A stretch of 32,000 bases of DNA from Nitrosarchaeum sp. Lineage in GTDB: Archaea; Thermoproteota; Nitrososphaeria; Nitrososphaerales; Nitrosopumilaceae. A program made the position numbers and the translations under genes. Where the stretch lies: positions 2,719 to 34,718 of the forward strand of contig NSIR01000003.1 in NCBI GenBank assembly GCA_002737445.1, written 5' to 3'. The notes beneath the pieces were generated by a model, which saw nothing but the letters and a program-made list of their open reading frames with translations, made no database searches and was not told the origin of the DNA. This document shows, piece by piece, positions 7,720 through 16,431 of the stretch (its first letter is position 1; the number at the start of each line of letters is the position of its first letter).

Positions 7720-9558
7720 TTAACTAAATTTGGGCATAAATATATAGACTATTCCCAGAATCTCCATTCTTCCAAGTATCATCAAAAAACTTATCACTAA
7801 TTTGATTGAATTATCTGTTTCAAAATTTACAATATTTGGACTCATTCCAGTAGTTGTGATAATTGAGGTTGCATGAAAAAATGAAGTTTCAAAACCAACA
7901 TTTTCTATTGGTTCCAAGTATACTGCAGTTACAAATATCGTTCCAGGAAATGCTAACAGTATTATCATTGTTTGTATTAGATCTTTTTTTCTTTCAGGAC
8001 TTAATTCTGATCTAGATATTTTATTGAATATTTTTTTAAAGTCTTTTATTTGTAGTAATCTAAATACCTTAATTCCACCAGCAGTTGAAAAACCACAGCC
8101 ACCTATGATCATTAATACAATTAAAATCACATGTGTTGCACTATTGAAATCAGGCATGTTTTGTGGATGTAATCCTGATGTAGTACTGGCAGATACTGAA
8201 TAAAATACACTAGCTAATGGATCTAATCCACTAAGACCAATAATTAATATCATTCCCGTACCCAAAATTATAAAATATGTGAGAACTTCTTTGCCGAGTT
8301 TTGGTGAAATAAATTTTTTTCTTACAAATGTATAATGAAAAGTAAATGGAAATGCGCCAAATATCATTGCCCCCATTAAAATCATTTGTTCCTCCCACTG
8401 GAAATTTTCTAGCATTGTGGATGTTGGTACAAATCCGCCCGTTGCAATTCCACTAATTGCTAATGAAAAATTATTGAGAATATCTTTTTCTCCAAATATG
8501 TAGAATAAAAATGCTATAATTACAACATATATTGAAAAAATTATTGTGATTGTACCAAAAAGTTCTCGCATGTGTAGTGATCTACCTGAAATAAAACCTC
8601 GCAGTGATTGTATTTTTGATTCTGGATAAAATGCAGTTATTACTAGATAAATAAAACTCATTCCTCCAACTAATTGTGTGAAACTTCTATAGAATGTAAA
8701 ACTCTGAGGTAGATTTTCCGGATTATCAATTAGTGTTAATCCAGATGTGGTAAATCCTCCAACACTGGAAAAAAATGCATTGATGAATGTATCTGTTGCA
8801 GATCCTTGACTAGGCAATACATACAGATATGGAATTGTTCCAAAAAGTGACAATATCAACAAACTTGAAATTACAAGAATTGATGCTTGTTGAATATTTA
8901 GGCTAGATTTCTCACCATATACATTAAGACAAAAACCAATTACAAGTAAAAGTACCGTGCTTAGATAAATTCCTGCAGCAACTACTGTTTCTCCAAGTAT
9001 GGTTGATACAATTGCAGGTACCAGAAACAATACTCCTGCAAACTGGAGTACAAAACCTAGATTTCCTAGAATTGCTTTAACTGGTGGACTAAACAAGTGT
9101 GGCGAAGTAGCTGCCGCATCTCTTATCACATTTGCAATTGTTCCCTGAAAAATAATTCCGACAACTTCATTTTTTTTAGACAGTACTGGAAGTTTCCTAA
9201 TTTTACTATCTCTCATTTTATGAAGTGCTTCTTGCAATGTTGTTTTTTCACGAATTGCAACTAATGGAGATGACATTACATCTTTTAATGATGGATATTT
9301 TTCATGAGTTGTAACTTCGCTCATTTTATTGATAATATCTTCATCCGTAACAATTCCTATTGGTAAATGATTATCGTCTATTACAATAATATCGTCTCTC
9401 TGAGTATCCCGTAGTATTCTTACAGAATCGCTAATCAACGTATGTTGATCAAGTAATATGAAATCTTTACTCATGTATGGTGAAACATGTTTTGTAAGAA
9501 CGTATGATACAGATCGTTCAGAATCAAGTGACATCAAAATATAATTTATTATTGACAT
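7720..9558 (-). CDS. trkH: TrkH/KtrB-family cation (K+) transporter with fused N-terminal CBS-domain pair
   Basis: Residues ~25-150 form two CBS repeats (…IGIVTDEDIINKM; …VVGIIFQGTIANVI). The remainder has four TrkH-type pore-loop signatures (GGFTTSGLT, ATGGFVPT, SASTTSGLH, ITTTGMSP) spread across many TM helices. Confidence 0.85.
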   Translation of the reverse strand: MSIINYILMSLDSERSVSYVLTKHVSPYMSKDFILLDQHTLISDSVRILRDTQRDDIIVIDDNHLPIGIVTDEDIINKMSEVTTHEKYPSLKDVMSSPLVAIREKTTLQEALHKMRDSKIRKLPVLSKKNEVVGIIFQGTIANVIRDAAATSPHLFSPPVKAILGNLGFVLQFAGVLFLVPAIVSTILGETVVAAGIYLSTVLLLVIGFCLNVYGEKSSLNIQQASILVISSLLILSLFGTIPYLYVLPSQGSATDTFINAFFSSVGGFTTSGLTLIDNPENLPQSFTFYRSFTQLVGGMSFIYLVITAFYPESKIQSLRGFISGRSLHMRELFGTITIIFSIYVVIIAFLFYIFGEKDILNNFSLAISGIATGGFVPTSTMLENFQWEEQMILMGAMIFGAFPFTFHYTFVRKKFISPKLGKEVLTYFIILGTGMILIIGLSGLDPLASVFYSVSASTTSGLHPQNMPDFNSATHVILIVLMIIGGCGFSTAGGIKVFRLLQIKDFKKIFNKISRSELSPERKKDLIQTMIILLAFPGTIFVTAVYLEPIENVGFETSFFHATSIITTTGMSPNIVNFETDNSIKLVISFLMILGRMEILGIVYIFMPKFS

Positions 9559-9672
9559 TAAATAATTTGTTATTGATTAGTTGCTCAGATCGTTAAAAAA
9601 ATATTAACATAAATTTAATCAATTTACTTGCATCTTTATAAGTACTCAAATCAATCATTTACTGTAGATACA

Positions 9673-10098
9673 ATGGATATAGATCAAGCACAAGAACCAG
9701 ATTATGAATCAGTCAAAATTAACTATGTTGGATTTGTAGATCCCTACGCTGTTGAAGGAATGCTGATTTTAAGAGGTGATGATGGAAAGGAATTTCACAT
9801 GAGAGCATTTTCTGGAGAGGTCTCTAAACACATATCAAGTTTTGTTGAAAAATCTGATGAATCTGCACCTTCCATTTACAAAATGATGGAGGAAATATGT
9901 GAACAAAATGAGATAGTTCTAGTCAAAGTCAAAATATATGAAAGCGGAGAGGTACTGCGTGCAAATTTGTATTTTACAGGAAAAATGGATTTAGTATTGA
10001 GAAATTACCGTGCCTCTGATGCAATGGCTTTGGCAACACTGTATAACATTCCAATTCTAGTTCGAAAAAATTTACTTAAAGAACACATGGAAGCCTAA
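9673..10098 (+). CDS. Bifunctional nuclease family protein (DUF151/BFN)
   Basis: The C-terminal NYRASDAMALATLYNIPILVRKNLL matches the DUF151 'RpSDAiaLA...PI.V' signature. I place the start at ATG 9673; the track's TTG at 9628 is less likely. Confidence 0.65.
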   Translation: MDIDQAQEPDYESVKINYVGFVDPYAVEGMLILRGDDGKEFHMRAFSGEVSKHISSFVEKSDESAPSIYKMMEEICEQNEIVLVKVKIYESGEVLRANLYFTGKMDLVLRNYRASDAMALATLYNIPILVRKNLLKEHMEA

Positions 10099-10166
10099 TT
10101 AAACAAATTATTGATTACTAGTAATATCTTGGAATAGTTTTTTTTCTAGTGTGATTTTAGTTAATT

Positions 10167-10373
10167 ATGAATAAACAAGAGCAACTAATGGATAATTTAC
10201 TCAATATTGATCTTGAGATCATTGATTGTGTTAGATCTTTACAAGAGTCAAACTGGGATTCTGGTAATTTAAAACAACAAGTTGGAGATTTACTTAAAAT
10301 TCGTGATAACATGCTTGAGAAATTGATATTACTAAAAGATACTAAACCCGGTGGTTGTACAGAAAAGACCTGA
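10167..10373 (+). CDS. Hypothetical small protein
   Basis: 68-aa ORF that looks helical. Confidence 0.35.
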   Translation: MNKQEQLMDNLLNIDLEIIDCVRSLQESNWDSGNLKQQVGDLLKIRDNMLEKLILLKDTKPGGCTEKT

Positions 10374-10476
10374 TTGATTTTTTCTAAGAATAAACTTTAT
10401 TATTTTTTAATCTCTATATTTTTATGACGCAAATTTATTTTAATCAAGTTAAATATGCATTAATCTGTTCATAATT

Positions 10477-10866
10477 ATGAAATATCTTGTATTGCTTTTA
10501 CTTTTATCACCAAGTTTAGTTTTTGCTGATTCTGGAAACATTTCCGCACAAATTACTCCAAACTCAAATGTATTGATAACTGGAAATCAAATTATGATAA
10601 CTGCAGATATAACAAACAATCAAAACACACAACAACCATTTGCATATTTGACTCAGGTAAAAAATCACGATCAAGTCGTAATTTCTTTATCTTGGTTAAC
10701 TGGTTCTTTATCTCCACGACAATCCTTTTCACCTGCACAATCATGGACACCTACAATATCTGGTGTGTATGCTGTTGAAATTTTTGTATGGCAAAGCATT
10801 GATAATCCCGATGCCCTATCTCCACCACTATCTATGATTGTAACTGTTAAAGATCCTATACGCTGA
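10477..10866 (+). CDS. Secreted hypothetical protein
   Basis: Classical signal peptide MKYLVLLLLLSPSLVFA/DSG followed by a sequence that looks beta-rich. Confidence 0.6.
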   Translation: MKYLVLLLLLSPSLVFADSGNISAQITPNSNVLITGNQIMITADITNNQNTQQPFAYLTQVKNHDQVVISLSWLTGSLSPRQSFSPAQSWTPTISGVYAVEIFVWQSIDNPDALSPPLSMIVTVKDPIR

Positions 10867-10874
10867 TTTATTTT

Positions 10875-11459
10875 CTAAATTAAAATTGGATTTTGATTAA
10901 ATTTTATGCATATTGTATTTATGCCATCAATAATTTCTTGAATTTTTGGATATTGGGATTTATTTTTAGAAATATCGTTTTTTATTACTCTGAGATAATG
11001 GAGCATTTTTTTAATCTGTTTGTTTCTCTGCGTTTTAGATATTGGTGCATTTACAATATCTTTTAAATTTGCAGATATGTCGCATAATTTAATAATTTTG
11101 GACTGAAATGACGAATCTTTTAATTGATTTGCATATACTGTTTCTAAATCCTTTTTTAAAATATTTTTATCTTTACTAAGTGATAAAACAATAACTGCAA
11201 TTTCTCTGCCAAATCTTTCATTTATTTCATTAAACGTAACATTTGTATTTTCAATAATATCGTGTAACCACGCGGCACATAAAATATTCTTGTCTGTTAT
11301 TCCTAAATTTTTGAGTCTATTTACAACTCCTTCCAAGTGATCTGAAAATGGAGTGATGCCGTCTTTTCTTTTTTGATTTTTATGTTTTTCTTGTGCAAAT
11401 TTTTTTGCAGATAATACGATATCTGCTGTATCTTCCATGGATGTGAAAGATTTTTCCAA
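10875..11459 (-). CDS. HD-domain phosphohydrolase, RelA/SpoT (Mesh1-like) hydrolase family
   Basis: Residues 18-95 (AKKFAQEKHKNQKRKDG.PF..HLEGV...AAWLHDIIENT...FG.EIA.IV..LSKD) follow the SpoT/Mesh1 HD_4 pattern, with His41 and His66-Asp67. The usual ED pair reads Glu70-Asn71. Confidence 0.75.
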   Translation of the reverse strand: MEKSFTSMEDTADIVLSAKKFAQEKHKNQKRKDGITPFSDHLEGVVNRLKNLGITDKNILCAAWLHDIIENTNVTFNEINERFGREIAVIVLSLSKDKNILKKDLETVYANQLKDSSFQSKIIKLCDISANLKDIVNAPISKTQRNKQIKKMLHYLRVIKNDISKNKSQYPKIQEIIDGINTICIKFNQNPILI

Positions 11460-11681
11460 TATGTAGAGCTTTATTTTCTGATTTTATTAGAGTAAAAATT
11501 TATCTTGACTTTTAAATAAATAAATGCTTCATAATTCGGCAAACTCATCAACAATCAGATATGTAGCTTTTCTGTTAATCATCAGCAATTGATTATTTCA
11601 TATCTGAGATATATGGGTATTATGAGTGATATTTTATTTAGAAAGCAATACATTTTTGATTGGCAAAAATGATTATTTCTT

Positions 11682-11918
11682 ATGGCTAATCTTGATATTT
11701 TATATCGGAAAACTGCCGCACTAGTTATCAAAAGATGCCATGGTATGATCAAAATCACCAAACATGGTAAAATTTTAGAGGTTTACGATGTAAATCGCCA
11801 CATTTGGAGTAAAGGACTTGCTGGATTAATTATAAAAGAAGAATGTAATAATGTTAAATTAAAGGAATGGGAATTTGCATATGTTCGAAATTATGTGATA
11901 CAAGAATTACTTTCTTGA
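11682..11918 (+). CDS. Hypothetical small protein
   Basis: 78-aa ORF. No motif recognised. Confidence 0.35.
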   Translation: MANLDILYRKTAALVIKRCHGMIKITKHGKILEVYDVNRHIWSKGLAGLIIKEECNNVKLKEWEFAYVRNYVIQELLS

Positions 11919-11919
11919 A

Positions 11920-12180
11920 CTAATACGTGACTTTTCTTATTAGGTGTGGTTCTTTTAACATTACTTGATAGTCTTTTGTACATTCAAGGTCCACTTCTCT
12001 AAGATTGTGATTTGTTACTACAGTTAATGCTTCACAACGTGTGCAAAGTATTGTTTGACCATCAGATCTTCTTTCAAAAACAATATTTTTTTCTAATTTA
12101 TCATCTTTTTGACATGTTGGACATAATTTTGGTTCTTGAAGAATTGTAATTATTTCTCGAATGTAAATAGTTCTTGGCAT
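11920..12180 (-). CDS. Small zinc-ribbon protein
   Basis: 86 aa with CPTC ... CTRC pairs. Confidence 0.45.
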   Translation of the reverse strand: MPRTIYIREIITILQEPKLCPTCQKDDKLEKNIVFERRSDGQTILCTRCEALTVVTNHNLREVDLECTKDYQVMLKEPHLIRKVTY

Positions 12181-12343
12181 ATCTTTATTTTTTAAATATC
12201 TGGCAAAAAAGAGTTTGCATTTTGATTAATTATACATGTATGAATTTTACATTAAACTTGTTCACTGTTTTATAATATTTGGTCATATTTGAAACTATGA
12301 TCTATCTTGAATTATTTAAAATAATTTATTTTATAAAATCCAT

Positions 12344-13435
12344 CTATGTCACTATTTCATCTAAACGTCCTTCTTCTTGTGCTCGTCTGATCTCCATTGC
12401 GATTCTTCTTCCAACTCCAAATGTTTTACCATATTGATATTTTGTGTATGGGCTGGTAGTTGCAACAATTGGATTACCTGGCACTCGCAGTGATACGTCA
12501 TACACCACTAATTCCAAGTCTTTAGTAATTACACTCTGTAATGAAAATGGACCAATGATTCCAGGAGCATATTCTTTTTTTACAGTTGCCACAAACTTGT
12601 CTCCCATTTTGATTACTTTGTCAAGCAATGATTCTCTAATGCTTGCTGGAGTGTGACCCACTTCAATATTTTGTAAATCCATTGGAATCTCCAATTGCTG
12701 TTTTGCAGGAAGTGCATTAAAATCATGAACGTTTGTTTGTAGTCTTCTTTCTATTCCAATGAAATCAACTTGTTTTGATATAGGTGTGTGAAAGAAATTA
12801 AAATTCATGTATGTGCCAATTACCAATTCTTCGATACTGGCTTTTTCTAAATCCTTTTTAGAAATTAAACCATTTTTGATTTTTGCTTCTGATTTTTCTT
12901 TATAATCTTTGTAAGATGATACTGTGAAAAAAGCACGCTCTAATGGTCTTTTGAGTTCTTGAACTTTGATAATGCATGGCTTATTGATACTTTTTGGATC
13001 TTTGAATAATCTTGGAAATTTTATCTTTGCTTTTTCTAGTAAGTAATACTGATTTTTTTTATTGGTTCTTTCTTCAGCTTGGAATAGTTTTCTATTTCCA
13101 AATATTGGAACTTTGAATGTATTTTCTATCGTTTTGTATCCTAGATATACTGTTAATGATCTATGTGGAATAATTATGGTGTTTGTATCTCTCATATTTT
13201 TTTGTATTTTAGGTAATACCATGTCTTTGAATTTATTTAAAATTATTACTTCATCTGATAATCTACTAAATCTTTGATATGGGGTTTCTCTACCTTTTTC
13301 ACAGTAAACTGTAGTTTGAAAATTTTCATCTTTTGCTCCATCCATAATTTCTAATGCTGAATGACTTCCCATAACTCCAATTTTTACATCAGAATATTCA
13401 TTTACGATTTTTTTAATTTCAGAACTATTAATCAT
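12344..13435 (-). CDS. purP: 5-formaminoimidazole-4-carboxamide ribonucleotide (FAICAR) synthetase, archaeal PurP
   Basis: The N-terminal IGVMGSHSALEIMDGAKDENF motif, the ATP-grasp-like body and the ~360-aa length are typical of PurP. Confidence 0.9.
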   Translation of the reverse strand: MINSSEIKKIVNEYSDVKIGVMGSHSALEIMDGAKDENFQTTVYCEKGRETPYQRFSRLSDEVIILNKFKDMVLPKIQKNMRDTNTIIIPHRSLTVYLGYKTIENTFKVPIFGNRKLFQAEERTNKKNQYYLLEKAKIKFPRLFKDPKSINKPCIIKVQELKRPLERAFFTVSSYKDYKEKSEAKIKNGLISKKDLEKASIEELVIGTYMNFNFFHTPISKQVDFIGIERRLQTNVHDFNALPAKQQLEIPMDLQNIEVGHTPASIRESLLDKVIKMGDKFVATVKKEYAPGIIGPFSLQSVITKDLELVVYDVSLRVPGNPIVATTSPYTKYQYGKTFGVGRRIAMEIRRAQEEGRLDEIVT

Positions 13436-13530
13436 ATTTAGAGTATAATTCAGGAATTAATATAGCTAATTTTTAATTTAGTCTTTTTTACAATCGCAAG
13501 ATTTTTTTGAAAAGACTTGTAGGTAGTAAT

Positions 13531-13653
13531 ATGCTATATTTCCCTGAACTACAGATAATGGGTGTTATTTTATTATCTGCAATGACTGTATGTGGTATTT
13601 CTTTATGGCTAAAAAAAAGAAAGGAGCATAAAATTGACAATTCCGATAATTAG
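13531..13653 (+). CDS. Candidate 40-aa single-TM micro-protein (below the ORF-track cutoff)
   Basis: ATG...TAG ORF read by hand: MLYFPELQIMGVILLSAMTVCGISLWLKKRKEHKIDNSDN. It has a hydrophobic core followed by a basic tail. No other support. Confidence 0.25.
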   Translation: MLYFPELQIMGVILLSAMTVCGISLWLKKRKEHKIDNSDN

Positions 13654-13736
13654 GCTCAAATTATATAATTCAAAAGTGCCAACTATCTAATTACAACTAA
13701 TAGATAAAATAGTCATAATGTGGCACTAATTTTGTA

Positions 13737-14294
13737 ATGAAATTAATTATTGGTATTACTGGAAGCACGGGTGTAATTTATGGAATTCGTCTGTTGGAAG
13801 TTTTGAAGAAATTGAATATTGAAACTCATTTGATCATGTCTGAATGGGCGATAAAATGTATCTCCATGGAAACTGATTACAAACTTGATTACGTACAATC
13901 TTTGGCTACACATATTTCCGATGAAAAAAATATGGCTTCCAGTATTTCTAGTGGAACTCATCGAGTCAATGGTATGATTGTTGCACCTTGTAGTATGAAA
14001 ACACTGGCAGCTATTGCAAATGGGTATGATGATACTTTGGTTGCACGAGCGGCAGGTGTCACAATAAAAGAATCAAGAAAATTAATTTTAATGGCACGTG
14101 AAACTCCACTTTCTGCAATACATATTGAAAATATGCTCAAACTTTCAAGATTGGGCGTTGTGATTTTACCTCCTGTTACTGAATTTTACACAAAGCCCAA
14201 GACAATTGATGATATTGTAAATCATGGAGTGGGAAAATGCTTGGATCAATTTGATATTGATCATGATTTATACCCACGTTGGGGCACATTTTAA
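13737..14294 (+). CDS. ubiX: Flavin prenyltransferase UbiX/Pad1 family
   Basis: MKLIIGITGSTGVIYGIRLLEVL..., the APCSMKTLAAIANG motif and the ~185-aa length are typical of UbiX. Confidence 0.9.
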   Translation: MKLIIGITGSTGVIYGIRLLEVLKKLNIETHLIMSEWAIKCISMETDYKLDYVQSLATHISDEKNMASSISSGTHRVNGMIVAPCSMKTLAAIANGYDDTLVARAAGVTIKESRKLILMARETPLSAIHIENMLKLSRLGVVILPPVTEFYTKPKTIDDIVNHGVGKCLDQFDIDHDLYPRWGTF

Positions 14295-14301
14295 TTCATA
14301 A

Positions 14302-14730
14302 TTGTCCAAAATTACTTTTCAAAAAATTATTAAATCTGATAGAAAAAATGTCTTTGAACTTGCAACTAGTTATAAAAATTTTCAAATAATTTTACCACAA
14401 TATTTTCCATCAATTAGAATTATTTCTGTTCGAGAAAATGTGTCCATTGTGGAAGAACATTTACGAATTTGTGGACGCGAACTAGTCATGATGGCAAAAC
14501 ATGTAATTAATGACCCTATCACACATGAAATTTTTATAATTGGAGGTGATGCCAAAGGAACGCATATCACAAGTAGATATGAGCAACTTTCTCACACGAC
14601 AAAATTAACACTTGAAATTGAATGGAAGTTTAAAGGTATTATGAAATTATTCGATTTCTTTAATAGACATAAAATGGCAAGTGAATATTCTAAAATTATT
14701 GATGAATTTATTGTAATTGCTGAAATCTAG
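14302..14730 (+). CDS. SRPBCC (START/polyketide-cyclase-like) superfamily protein
   Basis: 142 aa with a TTG start 8 nt after the ubiX stop. The pattern of alternating strands ending in a C-terminal helix is SRPBCC-like. Family assignment is tentative. Confidence 0.5.
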   Translation: MSKITFQKIIKSDRKNVFELATSYKNFQIILPQYFPSIRIISVRENVSIVEEHLRICGRELVMMAKHVINDPITHEIFIIGGDAKGTHITSRYEQLSHTTKLTLEIEWKFKGIMKLFDFFNRHKMASEYSKIIDEFIVIAEI

Positions 14731-14936
14731 TCTACTTTTTTATCTTTATTTTTTAAATCATTCAACTCTTTTTCTGCCTCGATTTTACCTTTCTCAAATT
14801 CTCCCTTTGCTTTACCTAGAGTTTTAGCCAATTCTGGAATTTTCTTTGCTCCAAAAATAATAACAGCCCCTATGACAACAATTACTAGAATTTCATTGAT
14901 TCCAGGCATTGCAAGAAAAATACTTTCTAGTGTCAT
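14727..14936 (-). CDS. tatA: Twin-arginine translocase subunit TatA/E
   Basis: INEILVIVVIGAVIIFGAKKIPELAKTLGKAKGEFEKG is the canonical TatA TM helix plus amphipathic helix. The true start may be the internal Met at 14909. Confidence 0.85.
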   Translation of the reverse strand: MTLESIFLAMPGINEILVIVVIGAVIIFGAKKIPELAKTLGKAKGEFEKGKIEAEKELNDLKNKDKKVD

Positions 14937-14948
14937 AATATCACGAAT

Positions 14949-15749
14949 CTATGATTTAAGATTTAAATCTTTTTTATCTTTTTTGTGCTCAATTACTATT
15001 ATGCCTCCAAGATATAGTGCCACCATAGGTATTGCAATAAACCACATGGTAACACCACTTCCATCTGGAGTAACTATGGCGCCAAAGATCACAATTGCAA
15101 GTATTGCATATCTTATATTTTTTCTCCAAAAAGAATTACTTACAATTCCAGATCTTGACAAGGCATACATTATCAATGGAATTTGAAATGATACTCCAAA
15201 AGCAAGTAAATATTGTAAAACAAATGTAATAAAATCCATTATGTTTAGAAATGTAATTAATCCAGACGCATCTCCATACATGTAAAGAAATTCCAACATG
15301 TATGGAATTACTAGAAAATATGAAAAGATACAACCTGTTATGAATAATCCTAATGCTGGAAGTGCAATGCTACGTGTGACTTTAATTTCACGTTCTTTTA
15401 ATGCAGGTTTTATGAATCCTACCAATTCTTTAATTATTATTGGCATTCCTGCAACAATTGATACAAGTGCTGCAACATAAATTTGCGCAAATAGTGCTTG
15501 ACCTGGTTCTGTTTGTATTAATTGAACCCCTTGCGGAACTAGATTATTTTTCATGTGATTTGTAATTTGTGCAGCAATGTTATTTATCGGATCAATTCCT
15601 GGATAGTATAATTGATATCCTGAAACAGTGATTGGATACAAATGACATGAAATTATAAATACAAAAATTATTCCTATTACAATTATTATTCGTGTAACTC
15701 TTTTTCTTAATTCTTCTAGGTGTTGACTGATATTTTCAATTGATGACAT
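14949..15749 (-). CDS. tatC: Twin-arginine translocase subunit TatC
   Basis: 266 aa with six TM segments. The N-terminal HLEELRKR motif is typical of TatC. It lies directly upstream of tatA. Confidence 0.9.
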   Translation of the reverse strand: MSSIENISQHLEELRKRVTRIIIVIGIIFVFIISCHLYPITVSGYQLYYPGIDPINNIAAQITNHMKNNLVPQGVQLIQTEPGQALFAQIYVAALVSIVAGMPIIIKELVGFIKPALKEREIKVTRSIALPALGLFITGCIFSYFLVIPYMLEFLYMYGDASGLITFLNIMDFITFVLQYLLAFGVSFQIPLIMYALSRSGIVSNSFWRKNIRYAILAIVIFGAIVTPDGSGVTMWFIAIPMVALYLGGIIVIEHKKDKKDLNLKS

Positions 15750-15779
15750 GTAAAATTCAACTATTTTGAACTGCTTTAT

Positions 15780-16244
15780 CTATTTGCCTGGAATTGGTAG
15801 TAGTTTTGCTTCTGGCAATCCTGCATTTTTAAGCTCGTCTGTAGTCAAATCGTGGAATTCTAGAGAAATAATTGCTTTTGTCTTAAATTTCTGTTCCATA
15901 CCTTTTGCTAGTGCTGAAATATCTTTACTAGAAAAGATTTCTTTAGAACCTTTGAGAAATATTCTTTCACCTTTAGCCATTTCTTTACCTCCAAATTTAT
16001 CTTGCAAAAAGCCTGTTATTGCAGGTAATTCACTTCTTTGTATGTTGTTGTAATAATACGTAATTCCTTTAACTGATTCATAGTCATACGGTGTTCCATT
16101 TCTATACATGAAAATACCGATAAAAATTGCATCTACGTCTGGTTCTCTAATGCATTTAATTTCCCAATTGAGTAATTTCTCTTCATTATAGACAAATTTC
16201 TCCATTTCATCGGCTGTGATCTTCCAATATCTTGATCTTGACAA
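15780..16244 (-). CDS. Hypothetical protein upstream of tatC
   Basis: 154-aa ORF with a TTG start (alternative ATG at 16205). It ends 30 nt before the tatC start on the same strand. No motif recognised. Confidence 0.5.
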   Translation of the reverse strand: MSRSRYWKITADEMEKFVYNEEKLLNWEIKCIREPDVDAIFIGIFMYRNGTPYDYESVKGITYYYNNIQRSELPAITGFLQDKFGGKEMAKGERIFLKGSKEIFSSKDISALAKGMEQKFKTKAIISLEFHDLTTDELKNAGLPEAKLLPIPGK

Positions 16245-16431
16245 TACGTGATTTTCTCAAGTAATCTGATATAAATTTCATTGTCTAGTGATAATTGTAT
16301 AATTTTTGGGTTCCATATCTTGTATAATTTGTTATAATTCAAACTATTTTCTCAAAATTTCATTAAAACCTAATAAAACTTGTTATAAAATCATAGTCAA
16401 AGCTTAACTACAAACAGAAATACGGTCATAC

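Noticed and set aside
9628-9672. Track start codons TTG 9628 (nuclease) and GTG 29043 (S8), which give N-terminal extensions
   Set aside because: In-frame ATG codons at 9673 and 29034 give N-termini that match family norms. For S8 the ATG also avoids overlapping the S14 stop. The extensions look like artefacts of longest-ORF calling.
16133-16342. 69-aa minus-strand ORF overlapping the 5' end of gene 15780-16244
   Set aside because: It overlaps the longer ORF out of frame and extends into the divergent promoter spacer. Its product is Asn/Ile-rich low complexity, so it is most likely spurious.
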